This document shows, one piece after another, positions 12,551 through 25,810 of a stretch of 64,000 nucleotides of DNA. Position 1 is the stretch's first letter. Every line of letters starts with the position of its first letter. This stretch comes from Vicugna vicugna (Eukaryota). Location of the stretch: NCBI GenBank assembly GCA_013265495.1, contig MU058009.1, positions 2,792,001-2,856,000 on the forward strand, read 5' to 3'. The translations under genes and the position numbers were made by a program. The notes under the pieces were generated by a model, which had not been told where the DNA came from, ran no database searches, and worked only from the letters and a program-made list of their open reading frames with translations.

Positions 12551-13299
12551 TGCTTTTGAATGTGCTACATCCCCAGTCTCACCCTAGCTTTTCCCCCATA
12601 CCCTTGGAGGTTTAATGTGTGTTTCCACCAGTCATCTCTTGCCCCAGGAGTCTGTGGGTTTGTGGTCATCTTGCAAGTTTTAGGAGTAGTGTTCACTGCC
12701 TTTCCCAACTGAATTCTGAGTAAGACATAACAGAAACAAGCTCTTGTGTCAGTCCTTCAGGTATCCACAGTTTAGGATAGATGTATACAATAATTTGCAA
12801 ATAATGTCTGCTCTGCTCTTTCTAGTTTGAGGAATGGTACTGGAAACCAGGCTGCCACCACTTCAAGACCGAAGCCACTGTCATGTTGTGGAGGAGGGAG
12901 AGTAATGGTAAGTAAAATGCCACAGAACTTTCCTACTATTTTGAGATGGCTTTTTGTTGTTTGGGTATTTCTTTGGTGGCTGTAAACCTTTGAGTGTTTT
13001 CTGGAGCTTCAATAAGGTTGATTCAGACAGTTTCTGCCTTTTTATTTTTTTAATGTTTCTATGGGGGAGTGAAAGCTTAGAGCTTCCTACTCCATCATTT
13101 TGCTGGTGTCTTTTTCTTCAACATAGTTTTGCTTCACTTGGACTTTCACCGAAGGGCACCGGAGCACTTGGTATGTAACCTAAATGAAGTTGTGTGCCGT
13201 CCACAGAAAAATGGTTGTGTAAAGACAGTCTGAGCCACTGTGCGGAAACTTGGGGTAGGAACTTGTTTGGAAAGTTGAAATCTTACAGATGAGGAATCC

Positions 13300-14130
13300 A
13301 CTAGAATATCGGATGACAGTTGAGAACAGATAAACTTGTGAAAAGAAGTTCTGTCCAGGTAGTAAATTGCTCAGGGAGCTGGTGCTAGCTGACAGTATAG
13401 GACAGCTGCAGTTACAGGCTACAAATGGTTGGGTATGATTTCTGGATGCATATTAATTCCAGCTCATGAAGGGTCTCAAGCAATGCCAAAGATGACCAAG
13501 TAGAAGAAAATGTGAAAATAATGAGATGGCTGGTTCTGGCACTAAATTAGAGCCTCCCTTCAGAGCTCAAAGAATCTGTCTAATTCAATTCATTCCTAAT
13601 GGTAGCTGTCATATCAGCTTGTCCCAACCCTGACCATGGTTCACAGCTGTATCTCAGAAGTGACTTGGGAGATAAGCCTATGCTAACCTTTCTAGGGGCT
13701 ATTTGCATTTAACAGAAGGCTATAGTTCAAGCTTAAAGAACACATTTTTAATTGTGAAGCTCTAAGTATTAGCTGTTCCATAGGAAGGACAATTTTTAAA
13801 GGACCTGGTTCTAACTCTGAATAGTTTTTAAGATATGCTCTACTCCAGATAATATAAAGAGATTCCCAATTATAAAAGGACTTTAGAGAATCAAATTTCT
13901 ACTCCCAATATGAAAAGGAGCTCTGGGGCAGATTTGAATGTGACATCACTGGATAATGAACTTTTACACCTCTCCAGCCAAAGACACCAAGGATAAAGCC
14001 GAGACCTTGACCATACTGAGAAGTTGGGCTGGGGAGATGTTCATCTTGCTACAGGAAAAGAAAGGCTGTTGAGGAGGAATAGAAGAGATCTAATTTAGGA
14101 TCTTGACTATTTTAGAAGATAAGAAGCAGC
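13300..14130 (+). mobile_element. Possible L3/CR1 remnant
   Basis: Weak resemblance of gaaaagaaaggctg...gagatctaatt...tattttagaag to the CR1 RT 3' region. Confidence 0.25.
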
Positions 14131-14359
14131 CTCCAAACATTTATATGATCTTTCTTCCTAGTCATCATCAGAGAATCTCTGGGATACAGCACACTGAGTG
14201 GGGAGCTGCCAGTGCCAGAAGGGTGGGCCCTGGAAAGTGAGAGCCAAGAGTGGGAGACACGTAATAACTGTGATTGAATTTAATGTCTCCCTGCCTGTTT
14301 CTTCCCCTGAAATGTGGGGACAGTAACATCTACTGGAGAGGGTTACAGCTCCTTTTATT

Positions 14360-15020
14360 GTAAGTTACAAGAAGCCATACTGAACCAGGTTAAGTGTTTT
14401 GGTTTTTTTCTCTTTTTTTCCCTTTAAAAGGAATTTGTAGGCTTTTGTTCCTGGATGTCCAGGGGCATTGGTGTTTGGGCAAGATTGGATCCAGAGACCC
14501 AAAGGATACCTTCAGAACTTTCCGGGTCTCTATTTCTTAGCTCTGCTTGTTTTTGTTTGACTTTATCCTTAGACACTTTTAGTTTATGTGTCAGTTAAGA
14601 AGATCTAAAAAACTTGTTCTCCCAGGTTAACAATTCCAACAGAAAATCTCATTCAGATATCACTTCCAGGGAAGATTATATTGCCTTGCTCAGGTCAGAT
14701 GTCCAAACTCTAGCCAATTACTGTGTGTTGGGGTTTTGTTTCTTTTTTTTTTTCAAAATTCTTTTTTTAAAAACACCTTTATTGTGGTATGGTCCCTGTA
14801 TAGTGAACTACACATATTTCAGATGTACAATTTGATGAATTTTGATAGATGTATCTGTGTGTTGGGATTTTTTGATTGGCCATCCTAGGCCATATATATA
14901 ACCCAGTGTTTGGCCACTGTACCATAATTAACTGCCTCTCCAGGATCACATTGCATGAAGGGAGAATTCCCTAAAAGATTCAAAAGGCAGAAGATGGGAA
15001 AGTACGCTGGGCATAGAAAT
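14360..15020. mobile_element. Degraded MaLR LTR (MLT1-like) containing a short L1 3' piece
   Basis: taagttacaagaagccatactgaaccaggttaag...gattggccatcctaggcca are MLT1-type motifs; L1 3' tip at ~14760-14855. Confidence 0.45.
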
Positions 15021-15514
15021 ATTACAGCTATTTTAATCTACCAAACCTACCACTACAGGTTAAAGAATCAAATGAGCAGACATAGGGAATCTGTTTATAA
15101 ACTATCATAATTATTAAAACATCATTCAAATAATGATAAATACCATGTACATTAAAATAAAGAAAGCTATATCATATAAAGATGGCTTTACAAATCAGTG
15201 GGAAAAGATGGACTATTCAACAACTGGTGTGAGGTAACTGGATAAGCATCTGGAAAAAAATGATAGTAGGAGCCTCACCTCCTACTGTACACTCGTATAT
15301 ACTCCAAATGGATTAAAGATTTAAATATAAAAATGAAACCATGAAAGTGTTAGAAGAAAATATGGTAAAACTCTCTTACAATCTTGGAATGGGTAAGGTC
15401 TTCCTAATCATTGTTCAAAATTCTGAAGTTATAAAGAATATGACTGATAAATAAAACTACATCAAAATCAAACACTTACATGATGAAAAACATCATTTGA
15501 AAAAGTAAAAAGGC

Positions 15515-15771
15515 GGGGGGTGGGAAGGGCTAAACTGGGAGTTCAAGTTTTGCAGATACTGACTGGTATATATAAAATAGATAAACAAGTTTATACTGTA
15601 TAGCACAGGGCAATATATTCAGTATCTTGTAGTAGTTCACAGTGAAAAAGAATATGAAAATGAATGTATGTATATTCATGTATGAATGAAGAATTGTGCT
15701 GTAAACCAGAAATTGACACAACATTGTACACTGACTGTAATTCAATAGAAAAACAGACCCTCCCCCCCGCA
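15515..15771 (+). mobile_element. Young 5'-truncated cetartiodactyl/camelid L1 3' end with 15-bp TSD
   Basis: ctgtatagcacagggcaatatattcagtatcttgt...attgacacaacattgta; exact direct repeat aaaaagtaaaaaggc at 15500-15514 and 15772-15786. Confidence 0.85.
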
Positions 15772-15808
15772 AAAAAGTAAAAAGGCAAAAGACAAATAGA
15801 ATAAAAGG

Positions 15809-16231
15809 CAGTGGTGTGCTGGAGGGGGCCTGCACTGGCTCACAGGAGCTGATTATCAAATTTTAGAAATTTTGCAAGCTTGCTATCAAACACAACCATT
15901 ATTTAAAATTGAGTTATATAAACTTATAATTAAAGAATGTTACAGATGAAGGTAATATATACTCAAAAACTCGCCACTCTAATTGTTTAACTACATTTTG
16001 CTATCATCCAGGCCCTTGGAATGATTTACATCTACTGTGTCTGTACTTGAAGCTATTACATACTAGGCCAAACCTGCACATTTCTTCCCAAGTCCACATT
16101 TAGTGATGTCATGTTGGTAGCCTGAAGTTGGCTGTGGTGCAGATTATTACATCATGGAAACTGGCAAATGCTATAAACCAGGATTTATTTTCCCCAGAGA
16201 TTGTTACTAAACACTAACCAACACACCACTG
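15809..16231. mobile_element. MER63 (hAT-Blackjack) DNA transposon
   Basis: TIRs cagtggtgtgctgg...ccaacacaccactg. Confidence 0.8.
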
Positions 16232-16837
16232 GAAAAAAGTTTTTTAAACTCACATTGCAGAGAAAGGGCTAATCTCCCTATATATAATGTGCTTCTTCTA
16301 AGCCAAGTATAAAAAGACTAAACCTAACAGAAAGGTCAGAAAGGTATGATGTGTCCATTCATAGAAATAAAGAGGTGTTCTGTGTCACAACAAGAGAAAT
16401 GCAGATAAAAACCTTATAAGGTATTATTTTTTATTATTATTATTTTTTAACTTACTAGATCAGCAAAACTCCGAGTTTGATAAAACTATTGGCAAGGCTG
16501 TGGGGAAAGAGACTTTTTTTACATTGCTGATGAGAATATAAATTTATATAACCCCTCTGGAAAGCAATTAAGCAATATATATATATATAAAATTACTAAT
16601 ACATAAGCCGTTTGACCTAGCAGTCCTCTCCCTGGGAATTTATCCTATTATATAGTATAGAGTGCTTTTGTTTTTTAATAGCAAAAGACAGGAAACAACA
16701 CAAATGTCCATCCACATGAGCTCGTTTAAGAAATTGCAGGATATTCAAACAATAAAGAATTGACTGGAACTGTAAAAAAAAAAAACTGAAGACACCAAGT
16801 TGAATATGAAGACTCTCCAAGTTACATCTTTCCCTTC

Positions 16838-17410
16838 CATTTTATTGAGAAACAGCTGACATATAACACTGTATTAGGTTAAGGTGTACAACATAATGGT
16901 TTGATGTACGCATATACTGCAAAATGATCACCACAGTAGATTTAGTTAACATCCATCACTTCATATAGTTACAATTTTTTCTTGGGTTGGAAATTTTTAA
17001 GATATACTCTCTTAGCAACTTTCAGATTTACAGTACAGTATTATTAACTGTAGTCATCATGCTATACATTACATCTCCAGAACTTATTTATCTTGGAACT
17101 GGAATTCTGTACATTATGGCCACCTTCTCCCAATTTCCCCAATTCCCTCCGCCCAGCCTCTGGCAACCACCAACCTATTCTCTGTTTCTATGAATTCGAT
17201 TTTTTTAGATTCCACATATAAATGAAATCATGCGGTGTTTGTCTTTTCTGTCTAACTCATTTCACTTAGCATGATGCCCTCAAGTTCCATCCATGTTATC
17301 ACAAGTGGCAAGATTTCCTTCTTTTTTATGGCAAAATAATATTCCTTTGTGTGTGTGTCCTATATATATATATATGTATAGGACATACATACTACATTTT
17401 CCTTATCCAA
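16838..17410 (-). mobile_element. L1 3' end (L1MA9-like) in opposite orientation, nested in the L1ME
   Basis: ttttattgagaaacagctgacatataacactgt...gattccacatataaatgaaatcatgcggtgtttgtc...atttcacttagcatgatgccctcaagttccatccatgtt. Confidence 0.8.
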
Positions 17411-20404
17411 CAAATTATCTCCTATTGAGTAAAAAAAGCAAGGTTAATATCAGTTGTATGTTATCTTTTGCATAATAAAATACAAATGTAGTTGTATTTG
17501 ATTTGCATAAACAAAGTCAGGAAGGAAAGTAATAAAAGTGGTTCTGGGATGAGGTTGCAGTGCAGGATGTGGGAACTGGACAGGCAGAGAATAGAGTGAA
17601 AACAAGATTTTGGGTTATTTTTTTACATCAAAATGAATGTTGAACTGTGTCAACATACTACCTTTTTACAAAATTAAGTGAAGAGAAACACATGAAAGCT
17701 TCATTAAAAGGCACTTTTCATTCAATAATAAGGTCCTAAGCACCCATCACATGTCAGGCACTGCTCTAGGAACTGCGCCCAGGAGACGGAAGATGGACCG
17801 TGTAAGTTGTGAGTAAAGCTGAAGAGGCTGTGAGTATCCTCGGTCCCATAAACCACTCTTCAGTTGCCGCATCTTCCATTATGTGCGTCCGACAGCTTCC
17901 TCTCACCCCATCTTGTCTCATGTCCATGTGGTCAGCATGGCAAAAATATGCCCCAGGCCACTCAGGTCTAGTGACAATCTAATGTTTGTGTTCTTCTCTG
18001 CGTATGTTTTCACATCTTGGCCGCCTTTCTTTTTGAATGTGTTGTTTCACGTTGTTGGTAGAATATGATATTCTAAGAGTTCAGGCCTTTAGTTTTGCAG
18101 ACAGTGAACAAAAGAGACAAAAATCCCAGGGAATTTAGGCTCCGGTGGTGATCAGGGAAAGGTCTCCTGAGGAGGGGACGTTGAGCAGGGACATGGAGGA
18201 TAGGAGGGAGTGCGCCTGGTCAGTGTCTGGGGTTATGCTTGTAGGTTCATGGTAACTACTGTTTCTGCTGCCCTCAAGGAGACTGCAGAACATTACACAT
18301 GCACGTGCACGCCACACACGCACGCACCCATATTTACCAGTACTTACGAGCATAATGACCCTGCCCAGCCACCTAAAGGCTGTGTCCTTCTGATGGCATA
18401 ATGTCTGGTATTGACGAGGGGTTTGAAATGGAGCAAACCTGTTTGTGTCTCTTGCTGTGGCTCTGGTGAGCAAGGACACAGTCGATATTTGCCAGGCCTC
18501 TGGCTCAGATTGAGGGGCAAACCTCTGGTTATGAGGGTTTAATTCTCATTCCGAATGAAGCTAAGTGGTCCATAAAATTAAAGCCTCAACCTTTTAATAT
18601 CTTATCCTACCAACCAGAGTAAATAGCACACTCAGAAAGAAAGACATCCAAGATGTGAAAACATATATCAGAGAACATACAGAGAAGAAAAAAACATTAA
18701 CTTGCTACTAGACCATAAGGGCCATGAGGAATATTTTTGCCATGTTGAGGTCATAGATATGGAACTGGATTGGATGAGTGACAGCTGCTGCATGGGCTCG
18801 CTGTCGGGTGACACTTGAAGAGTGGTTCATGTGGCAGGTTGGAAGGTACAAATGCTCCAGCTTCAGATCACAGCCTGCATCATCTTGTGCCTGTTTCCTG
18901 CCCGCCCCACCCCAGTACCTGTGCTCTCTTTTATCCCAGCTCCTAGTGCATTTCCCCCCTATTTTGTAATTGTTTCCTAAATGGGGAGATCCTTAGGGGG
19001 AAGTACTGAACATATTTCCTTCCATCCCCAGCACCTAGCACAGCCAGCCTGACATTTAGAAGCCATTAGTCAGTGTCTGTTGAAAGACTGGTAGAGGCAT
19101 GCACTGTGAAGCAAGAAACTGGCTAACACTGTTGATATCACTTTGCTTTGCGGGGATTTGGAGCCCAAAGGCTTTATTTTCCAGTCGGGTGGGCTGACGG
19201 ACTGCTGGGTGTTTTTGGTAACTGTTGAGATTTCCTGCTCCCAGTTAGCCTGCACTCTGCATGCACACATGACGCAGCTGGCCCAGCACAGCCGACTGTG
19301 ACAGTTCTCAGGTCCCTGCCAGCCGGTCAGGCTCTCCCCTCAGTCTGTCCCACAGACTCCCACACCCTGTGATCCAACAGTAATTCAATCCTCTTCCACA
19401 CGTTTCTCTGATCTCCCACCGTGTGTTCTCCTCACCTCTGTCCCTTGCTGTCTGAGCTGCTCAGACTTCGGCAGCCACGCAGGACAAAAGCAAAAGTGAG
19501 TTCATCCACAGAGCATGCGCTCTGGCAGCCAAGTCCCCCAGGTCTGAGTAAAATGACCCAATCTATTTGGCATTCACTGGGCAGTCACACAGGGACATGT
19601 CCATTCTGGGATGTCCCTCAGCAGGACAGATGCTGCATCAGCCAGACTGGACAAGAGTCCTTGAATGGGGTTCCTGGTTGGAGGCATGGGAGGTCAAAGC
19701 CCCCCTCCCCTCACCCCCACCCCTCATTCTACTAACACTGGTTTTGCCTTAACAGTGAATTCCCAACATGAATTTCGATTCCCAGCTTCATGTGGTTTCT
19801 TTCCAAATAGAAATCCTTCACCTGGTCTATAGCTGCAAGTTTAAGACTCAAAATTGCAGCTTTCATAGACAATGGACTATTTTATTTCTAGGGGGTAAAG
19901 AATTGGCACTGGCTAATGAGTTATATTCCAATGTACAATGCCCTCTGATTGTGTATTATATATTAGCACTCTGGACTTGAAAGAGACAATTGTGTAATGT
20001 TTGCCCATTAATTGAGAATAATCATCTCAGCTGCACGGTACTGCATACCAGCCAAGCTCGTCATTCTCATACCCAACAGCTTTTAATTGTTGTGTCGCCC
20101 TTTAACGGCAACCTTTCTCAGAGTTTGGAGAACAAAAACAGAGACCTACCTAAATATCAGCTCCTTCCCACCCTGAGAGAAAAGAATCTATTTAGATGGA
20201 AAAGATTTGAGCTTTCTAATCCCGAGAGAGTGATCACGCCTTAGCAATTTCCATTATCCATCAAGTATAAATGTTAAGGCCGTGGGGTTGCTTGTTCCTA
20301 ATAAAGTTAGGAAATGTATCAGACAAGAAAGGGGTTTACATGATTACACAGTAAGTTGGAGACTAAAATAGACGAAATGCTTAAAAAATCATTGTCGAGA
20401 TCTT

Positions 20405-20905
20405 CTTGAATGCAAGTAACAGAAAATTTAACTCAAACTATCTTAGGTAAAGAATTTTATTGGCTCATATAGCTGAAAAAAGTCCCAGGATGGAACTGCT
20501 TCAATGTGCGCAGATTCCAGGGCTCAGAAATATCTTCGAGCTTTGGCCTCATGCTCCCCACAGCTCTCAGCCACAATTGTGCTCTCAGGTGGGCCCTCCC
20601 TTCCTCTGGCAGGACAGCAGCTGGCAGCTCAGCTCCAGGCTCCTGGCTCTAATCAGAGTCCGAGATTGAATTTCACTGGACCAGCTTGGGTCATGCCCCT
20701 CATTCAGAACCAATCATGATGGCCATGGGGAGTGGGGTATGCTGATTGGCCAGGCCTTGATCACACTCAGCCCTGGAGATGAAAGGCAGGGTCAGATCCA
20801 TCAACCTGAACCATAAGAACTAGCACTGGAAGGTGGTGGTGATTCTCCGAGGAAAACAGTCTGGGTTTCCAGAGAAATGGGACTTGCATGCTGAACAAAC
20901 AGGAA
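20405..20905. mobile_element. MaLR LTR (MLT1-like)
   Basis: gcaagtaacagaaaa...actcaaacta...tttattggctcat...gctgattggccaggcctt. Confidence 0.6.
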
Positions 20906-21009
20906 AAACTGATGCACTGTCCCTTCATCTTAACCTCAGGAATGAATGTCTTTGTAGGTTGAAAATTTAAGCCTCACATCTTCTCCCAGAACCCTGTCTG
21001 TGATAAAAG

Positions 21010-21425
21010 TGACCATTTACCATGTGCTGGGCGTTATGCGGACTGTTTTACGTGAGAGTGTATCCTCTCATCTAATGCTTACAGCTACCCTACAGGGAGG
21101 TACGACTAACCCCCCTTTCTAAATAAGGGCGTAGAGGCACAGGGAGAGTAAATGGGATGCCCTCAGCCCCACAACCATTAAAGAGTGAGTCATTATTCAG
21201 TTCTGGCCTAACTCCAGGGCGCTTGCCTATTCTCCTTTTGTGTGTTTCCCAAACCTGCCCAAATGGGCAAGACTTTCTGGAGTGGTTATTACAATAAAAA
21301 CGCAGGTTCTCAGGCCCCTCTCCCCATCCATAGAGGTTCTGATTCAAAAAGTCTGGGCTGAAGTGTGGGAGTCTCTTTTGTTAACAGGTGTGTTCAGGGA
21401 TTCTTATGATCAGACTAGTTTGAAA
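21010..21425. mobile_element. MIR fragment followed by a MER5-like hAT-Charlie fragment
   Basis: atttaccatgtgctgggc...agaggcacagggagagtaaat (MIR); caggttctcaggccc...ttctgattca...gtctgggc (MER5). Confidence 0.5.
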
Positions 21426-21939
21426 GCGCACGATGTCGTCCTGCCTCCTGTGGGTTAAACCTGCCGCGGCCGCTGCCCAGTGCCAGCCCTCTTCCTGCGT
21501 CTCCTTCCTCCGAAGAGGCTCTGCCAGGACTGCTCTAGCTGAGAGTCATGCTCAGTCCACCCTCTGGCTCAGTGGTCTCCAAAGGTGGGGTGCGCTAGAG
21601 GTTCCACTGGTGTATGTGGAGGCAATATTTTTCCCTTCAACTTCTATTTAATTTCTATTTAAAAAGAAAAAGAAATCCAGCTTTACTAAAATTTGACATC
21701 CAAATTGACACTGACATTCTCCCTCAACTGTGAGCCCCCGGCCATCTGTGCTTCCTGAGGTGTCCTGAGAGGACAGTGAAGTTCCCGCTGTGCATGGGGA
21801 CAGTGGTACCCCACCCTTGGTTAACTTCCAGGCAACTGGGACCTTATCTGTACCTGAGTGGAATTACAGATTATATTATTCTGTCCCCTAAACTCACCTC
21901 CAAATCAGGCTCATATTGTTTTGGAGACAAGTTTCACAA

Positions 21940-22150
21940 AGTCATCAACAAATATGCAATCCTTATATTGTACCTGCTTCAGATGACAAAAAAGGGGGAA
22001 GGCTACCCAGATCTTTTTATGAAGTTAGTATAAATTTGATACCAAAGCTGATGAGGACGAAACAAGAAGATTATCTCTTAACCACACTTAAGAATGTTGG
22101 TGCAAGATTCCTAAATAAAATATTAGCAAATTTAATTCAGCAGTGTAATG
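21940..22150 (+). mobile_element. L1 ORF2 fragment
   Basis: Translates LPRSFYEVSINLIPK...ARFLNKILANLIQQ, the L1 RT N-terminal motif. Confidence 0.75.
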
Positions 22151-23149
22151 AAGATAATAGGTATCTGAGACTTCAGATGAATAGGTCGCATGGGGTACAG
22201 TCACGCAGTGTCATTATTTTCCTCTTGCTGTTGCCCTCGCGAGCTGAATTGTGGAGCTAATTCTTTCTTGCTCCTGAACAAATAAAGAATCATTCAATTT
22301 TTTGGCCACTCCGTAAAAAGTCTTTTGATCATGAAAAACAGTCTCAGTTTATGAATTAAGATGTCTAATCTCAGATAATAGTCAAAGTTTCCAGCATTAC
22401 AAAGTTAAAGCTTATCCTCATCCCAGCCTGAATCTTCAGCAGGTGGAACCTTGCAGTGGGAACAGATAGCATGGCATGTGTCTCATCTGTGTCCTCGACT
22501 GGGTTTTCTGTTCCTCCCTGTGCGCTCATTAGGTGGTCTCTGGTTCCTCTAGTTACTGGTTGAAGCAGGGGAAAGGAGGGAAGCAATCGGAAAGGTCCTA
22601 CTTGTCCAGCACTGTTATGAGCTGGTATCAAAATACCCTGGACTGGGCAGAAGTTTAAAGCTGATTTTTTCTGTTATGGAGGTTTCCTGTGGACTTTCTT
22701 GGAGACCACCTATTTCTGGGAATCTCTCATCTGCAATTTCATTCATGTGGGAGAATGCATCTTTTCCACCTGGTTACTTGGATTCCTCTCATAGCAACTT
22801 TAGTTCTTTATAGTAAGAAGCTGTACCTCTTACGTGGACCTAAGATGATCCCACAGAGGCAAATACTCTCTTCTTATGGCCCACGGGAAACAGCTCCATA
22901 CTTTCCTCTGAAAATGCTGGGAATGTGGGATCTCCCTCATGCCTCCCTTTGCTCTGCCATCAGAGCAGCCACCAGCCAGTCCAGATTTCTCACCATTTTA
23001 AATCGTTGTTCGGATCTCTCAGGTGTTAGACACAGTCTGCACTGTCCTTTAAGCTCTAGGAGACTTTGTGGAGAAGCCGAGGGCCAAGAACTCGGATTCC
23101 GTTTTCTAAAAAAAGAGAGAGGTGGGACTTGTTCTATGAGGTTTGAAGA

Positions 23150-25810
23150 CTTACTTTTAAATAAACCGTAGAAACTAGGACAGAGTGGCATGGTGCAAGA
23201 ATTGGAAAATAAACCAATGAAACAGGATAGGAAGCCCAGAAACACACTCACACATATCTGGACATGATATATGGTACAGGTAGGAGCATTAAAAAATGGG
23301 AAAACAATGACTGTTCAATCGATGGTGCTTGGAAAATTGACTATCTGTGTGAAAAACACAAAATTGGGTCCCTCTCTTACATCACAGGTGGATTTAAATC
23401 CAAGTTAAAGAAAATGAAATTTTAGAAGGAACTATAGGTCTTTGTGTACAGAAAGACTTCTTATCATTTACACCAAAAATCTCAAACTGTATAGGAAAAA
23501 GTAAGGATACATTTTTTTTAACATTTTTTATTGATTTATAATCATCTTACAATGTTGTGTCAAATTCCAGTGTTCAGCAAGGATAAATTTTTTATTACAT
23601 TATGTTAGTATTAAATTTTCTGGAGTAACAAAAAAGACCAAAAACAAACTAAAAAAGACGAATTGCAGACACTTGGGAAAAGGTATTTAAAATGCGAAAT
23701 CTGACGAGGGAAGAGCATCCAGTGTAGAGGAAGACCCCCTACAAACCAGTAACGATGATAAGGAGGAGGCCAGCCGGGCACTATCCTAAGCACCTGACAT
23801 ATGTCAACCCATTTAATCTTCACTATATCCCTGTGACATAGGTGTTTATCATACCCCCTTTACAGATGAAGAAACAGGCACCGAAAGGGTTAAACAGCAT
23901 GCTTAATGTCACTTACAGTTAAGCAATGGAGCTGACTTTGTGCCTAGGAGTCTGGCTCCAGTTCCTATGGTCTTAACCACTATGTTGTCAGACTCAGTAG
24001 AAACATCAACCCAAGGACCAGCACACACACAAGAAGAATCTCAGCCTCACCAGCAGTCAGAGAAGCACAAATTAAAATGCACGGAGAAATCACCCGACAA
24101 ATTAAAAGGTCTGGTAATACCAAGTTTGAGTGAGGACGTGGGAAGGAAATGGGAACTTTTGTACACTGCTGGTGGAAGTATAAATTTGCACAACCATTTT
24201 GGAGAGCAATTTGGAAATACCTAGTAAATTTGAAGGTGCTCATACTCTGACCGAGTAGTTTCACATCTAGAAATATACACTAGGGAGATCCTCATGTTGT
24301 GCACGGTGAGGTGTGCTCAAGAATATTCATTGCAGTGTTGCTTGTAGTAGCAAAATGTGAAAACCAAAGAATTCATTAACAGGAAAAAAATTATGGTATA
24401 CTTATACCATGAAATAACATGCAGCAGTTAATATGAACCACCAATATATCTACCAAATATAAAAAATATACTATTGTGTGGAAAAAGACTTGTTGAAATA
24501 AGATATGTATCGTGCGATACCATTCTATAAGACTTAAAATATATGCAAAATAATGTCATTTAATGTGCATGTATACAGAATATGTAGTAAAAGAATAAAA
24601 ACTTCAAACAAGAGTGATAACATGTTCATGGTAGTATTTACCTCCAACAGAAAAAGAAGAGCAGTGAGATCCCAGAAATGTCCACACAGGAAGTCTCAAT
24701 TATGTTTGCAATGCTTAATTTAAAAAAAGTCCTGAAGTGGGTCTCTGAATACCATTTCCCAGGTCTGGGGCAAGAAATCTGCACAATGAGCCATGAACAA
24801 CTTGTTGTGTAAGGAATCTCTCCCAGACTATCTGAGATCCTGTCAAAACAAAACAGGAACTACTTTGAAGGTAGGGCAATTTCTGCATCAAAAAGAATAA
24901 TAACTACAATGAATTAAAACCTATCAAATACATAAAAGTCATGAGTTCATAATGAAACAAACAGACAAAAAACTCCCCAGACAACCTAATAGCTTGCCAT
25001 TGGAAGTTGCTAGGGTAATAATTTATTCTGAAAATGAATAAATAATGAGAAAGTATTTATTTTATCTTTCCTATGCCAGCTGTATTTTGGGGTAAATGAA
25101 TCTTTGATAAAAGTAGGCGCTGTAATAGAAGAATTCCAACTAATAAATGCAGAAGGAATGCTAGAATTTTCAAAAAACACACCATTTTCAACCTGTAAAG
25201 AAAGAATTGACCTAGGCAACATTCATTAATGAGGCTAAAACTATTAGCTGAAGTGTCAGCGGGGAACATTATAAAGGAAGGGCCAGGCTGACGCCACCTA
25301 CACCCTGTGATCGGTCTTAGCCTCCCTAAAAGTGGGACAACACAAACATTCTGTGAGGTGATGCAACAGGAAGTATCTCTTACAATGTTTCTTGCTGAAA
25401 ACATTGAACTTGATTTTAATCAAGTCATTAAAACTGCTGTTAGTTTATTGGAAATATGAAAGGTAGAAGAACTACTTAAATGACAAAGATACAACTGGCT
25501 AAATCCAAAAGGTGGGACATCCTGTAAAAGAAATGACCCAGATTCTCCAACAAATACGCGTTATGCTGTAACAAAAAGGGTGTTAGAGAAAAAGGGAGGG
25601 TGAGTTATTATCGGATAAAATAGACTGAGAACAGGTAACGGCCGCACGCATCTTGCGGCCCTTGTTTGGATCCCGATTCAAACAAATGGACAATAAAAGG
25701 ACTGGGAAAACCGAGGAAATATGCGTAGGGATTGGGAGGAGAGGACATTAAGGAATTAGTTATTTTTGATAAGTGTGATGAAGGCATGGTGATTATGTTT
25801 AAAAATGCCT
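23150..25810 (+). mobile_element. Old L1 (L1ME/L1MC-MD-like) ORF2 3' and 3' UTR fragments, with a MIR at ~23760-23985
   Basis: aaggacgtgggaaggaaatgggaac...acactgctggtggaagtataaatt...ggagagcaatttgg; later ccaactaataaatgcagaaggaatg; MIR core tttacagatgaagaaacaggcaccgaaagggttaa. Confidence 0.65.
23512..23578 (-). mobile_element. Very short young L1 3' tip
   Basis: Its reverse complement matches the L1 tail at ~15696-15750; flanked by aaggatacattt / aaggataaattt (probable TSD). Confidence 0.7.

Larger units (their letters stand above)
6915..13110 (-). mobile_element. Near-full-length degraded L1 (L1MB/L1M4-like)
   Basis: Poly-T and 3' UTR at 6915; ORF2 RT remnant (ORF 9318-9551: [27 protein letters not shown]); endonuclease remnant (10766-10969: EYTFFSIAHETFSKKDHKL); ORF1 and 5' UTR-like sequence to ~13100; many stops and frameshifts. 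Confidence 0.88.
15150..17690 (+). mobile_element. Old L1 (L1ME-like) ORF2 3' end and 3' UTR with several nested insertions
   Basis: aaatcagtgggaaaagatggactattcaacaactggtg...aaatggattaaagatttaaatataaa...aaatgtccatc are L1 ORF2/3' UTR motifs. Confidence 0.7.
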
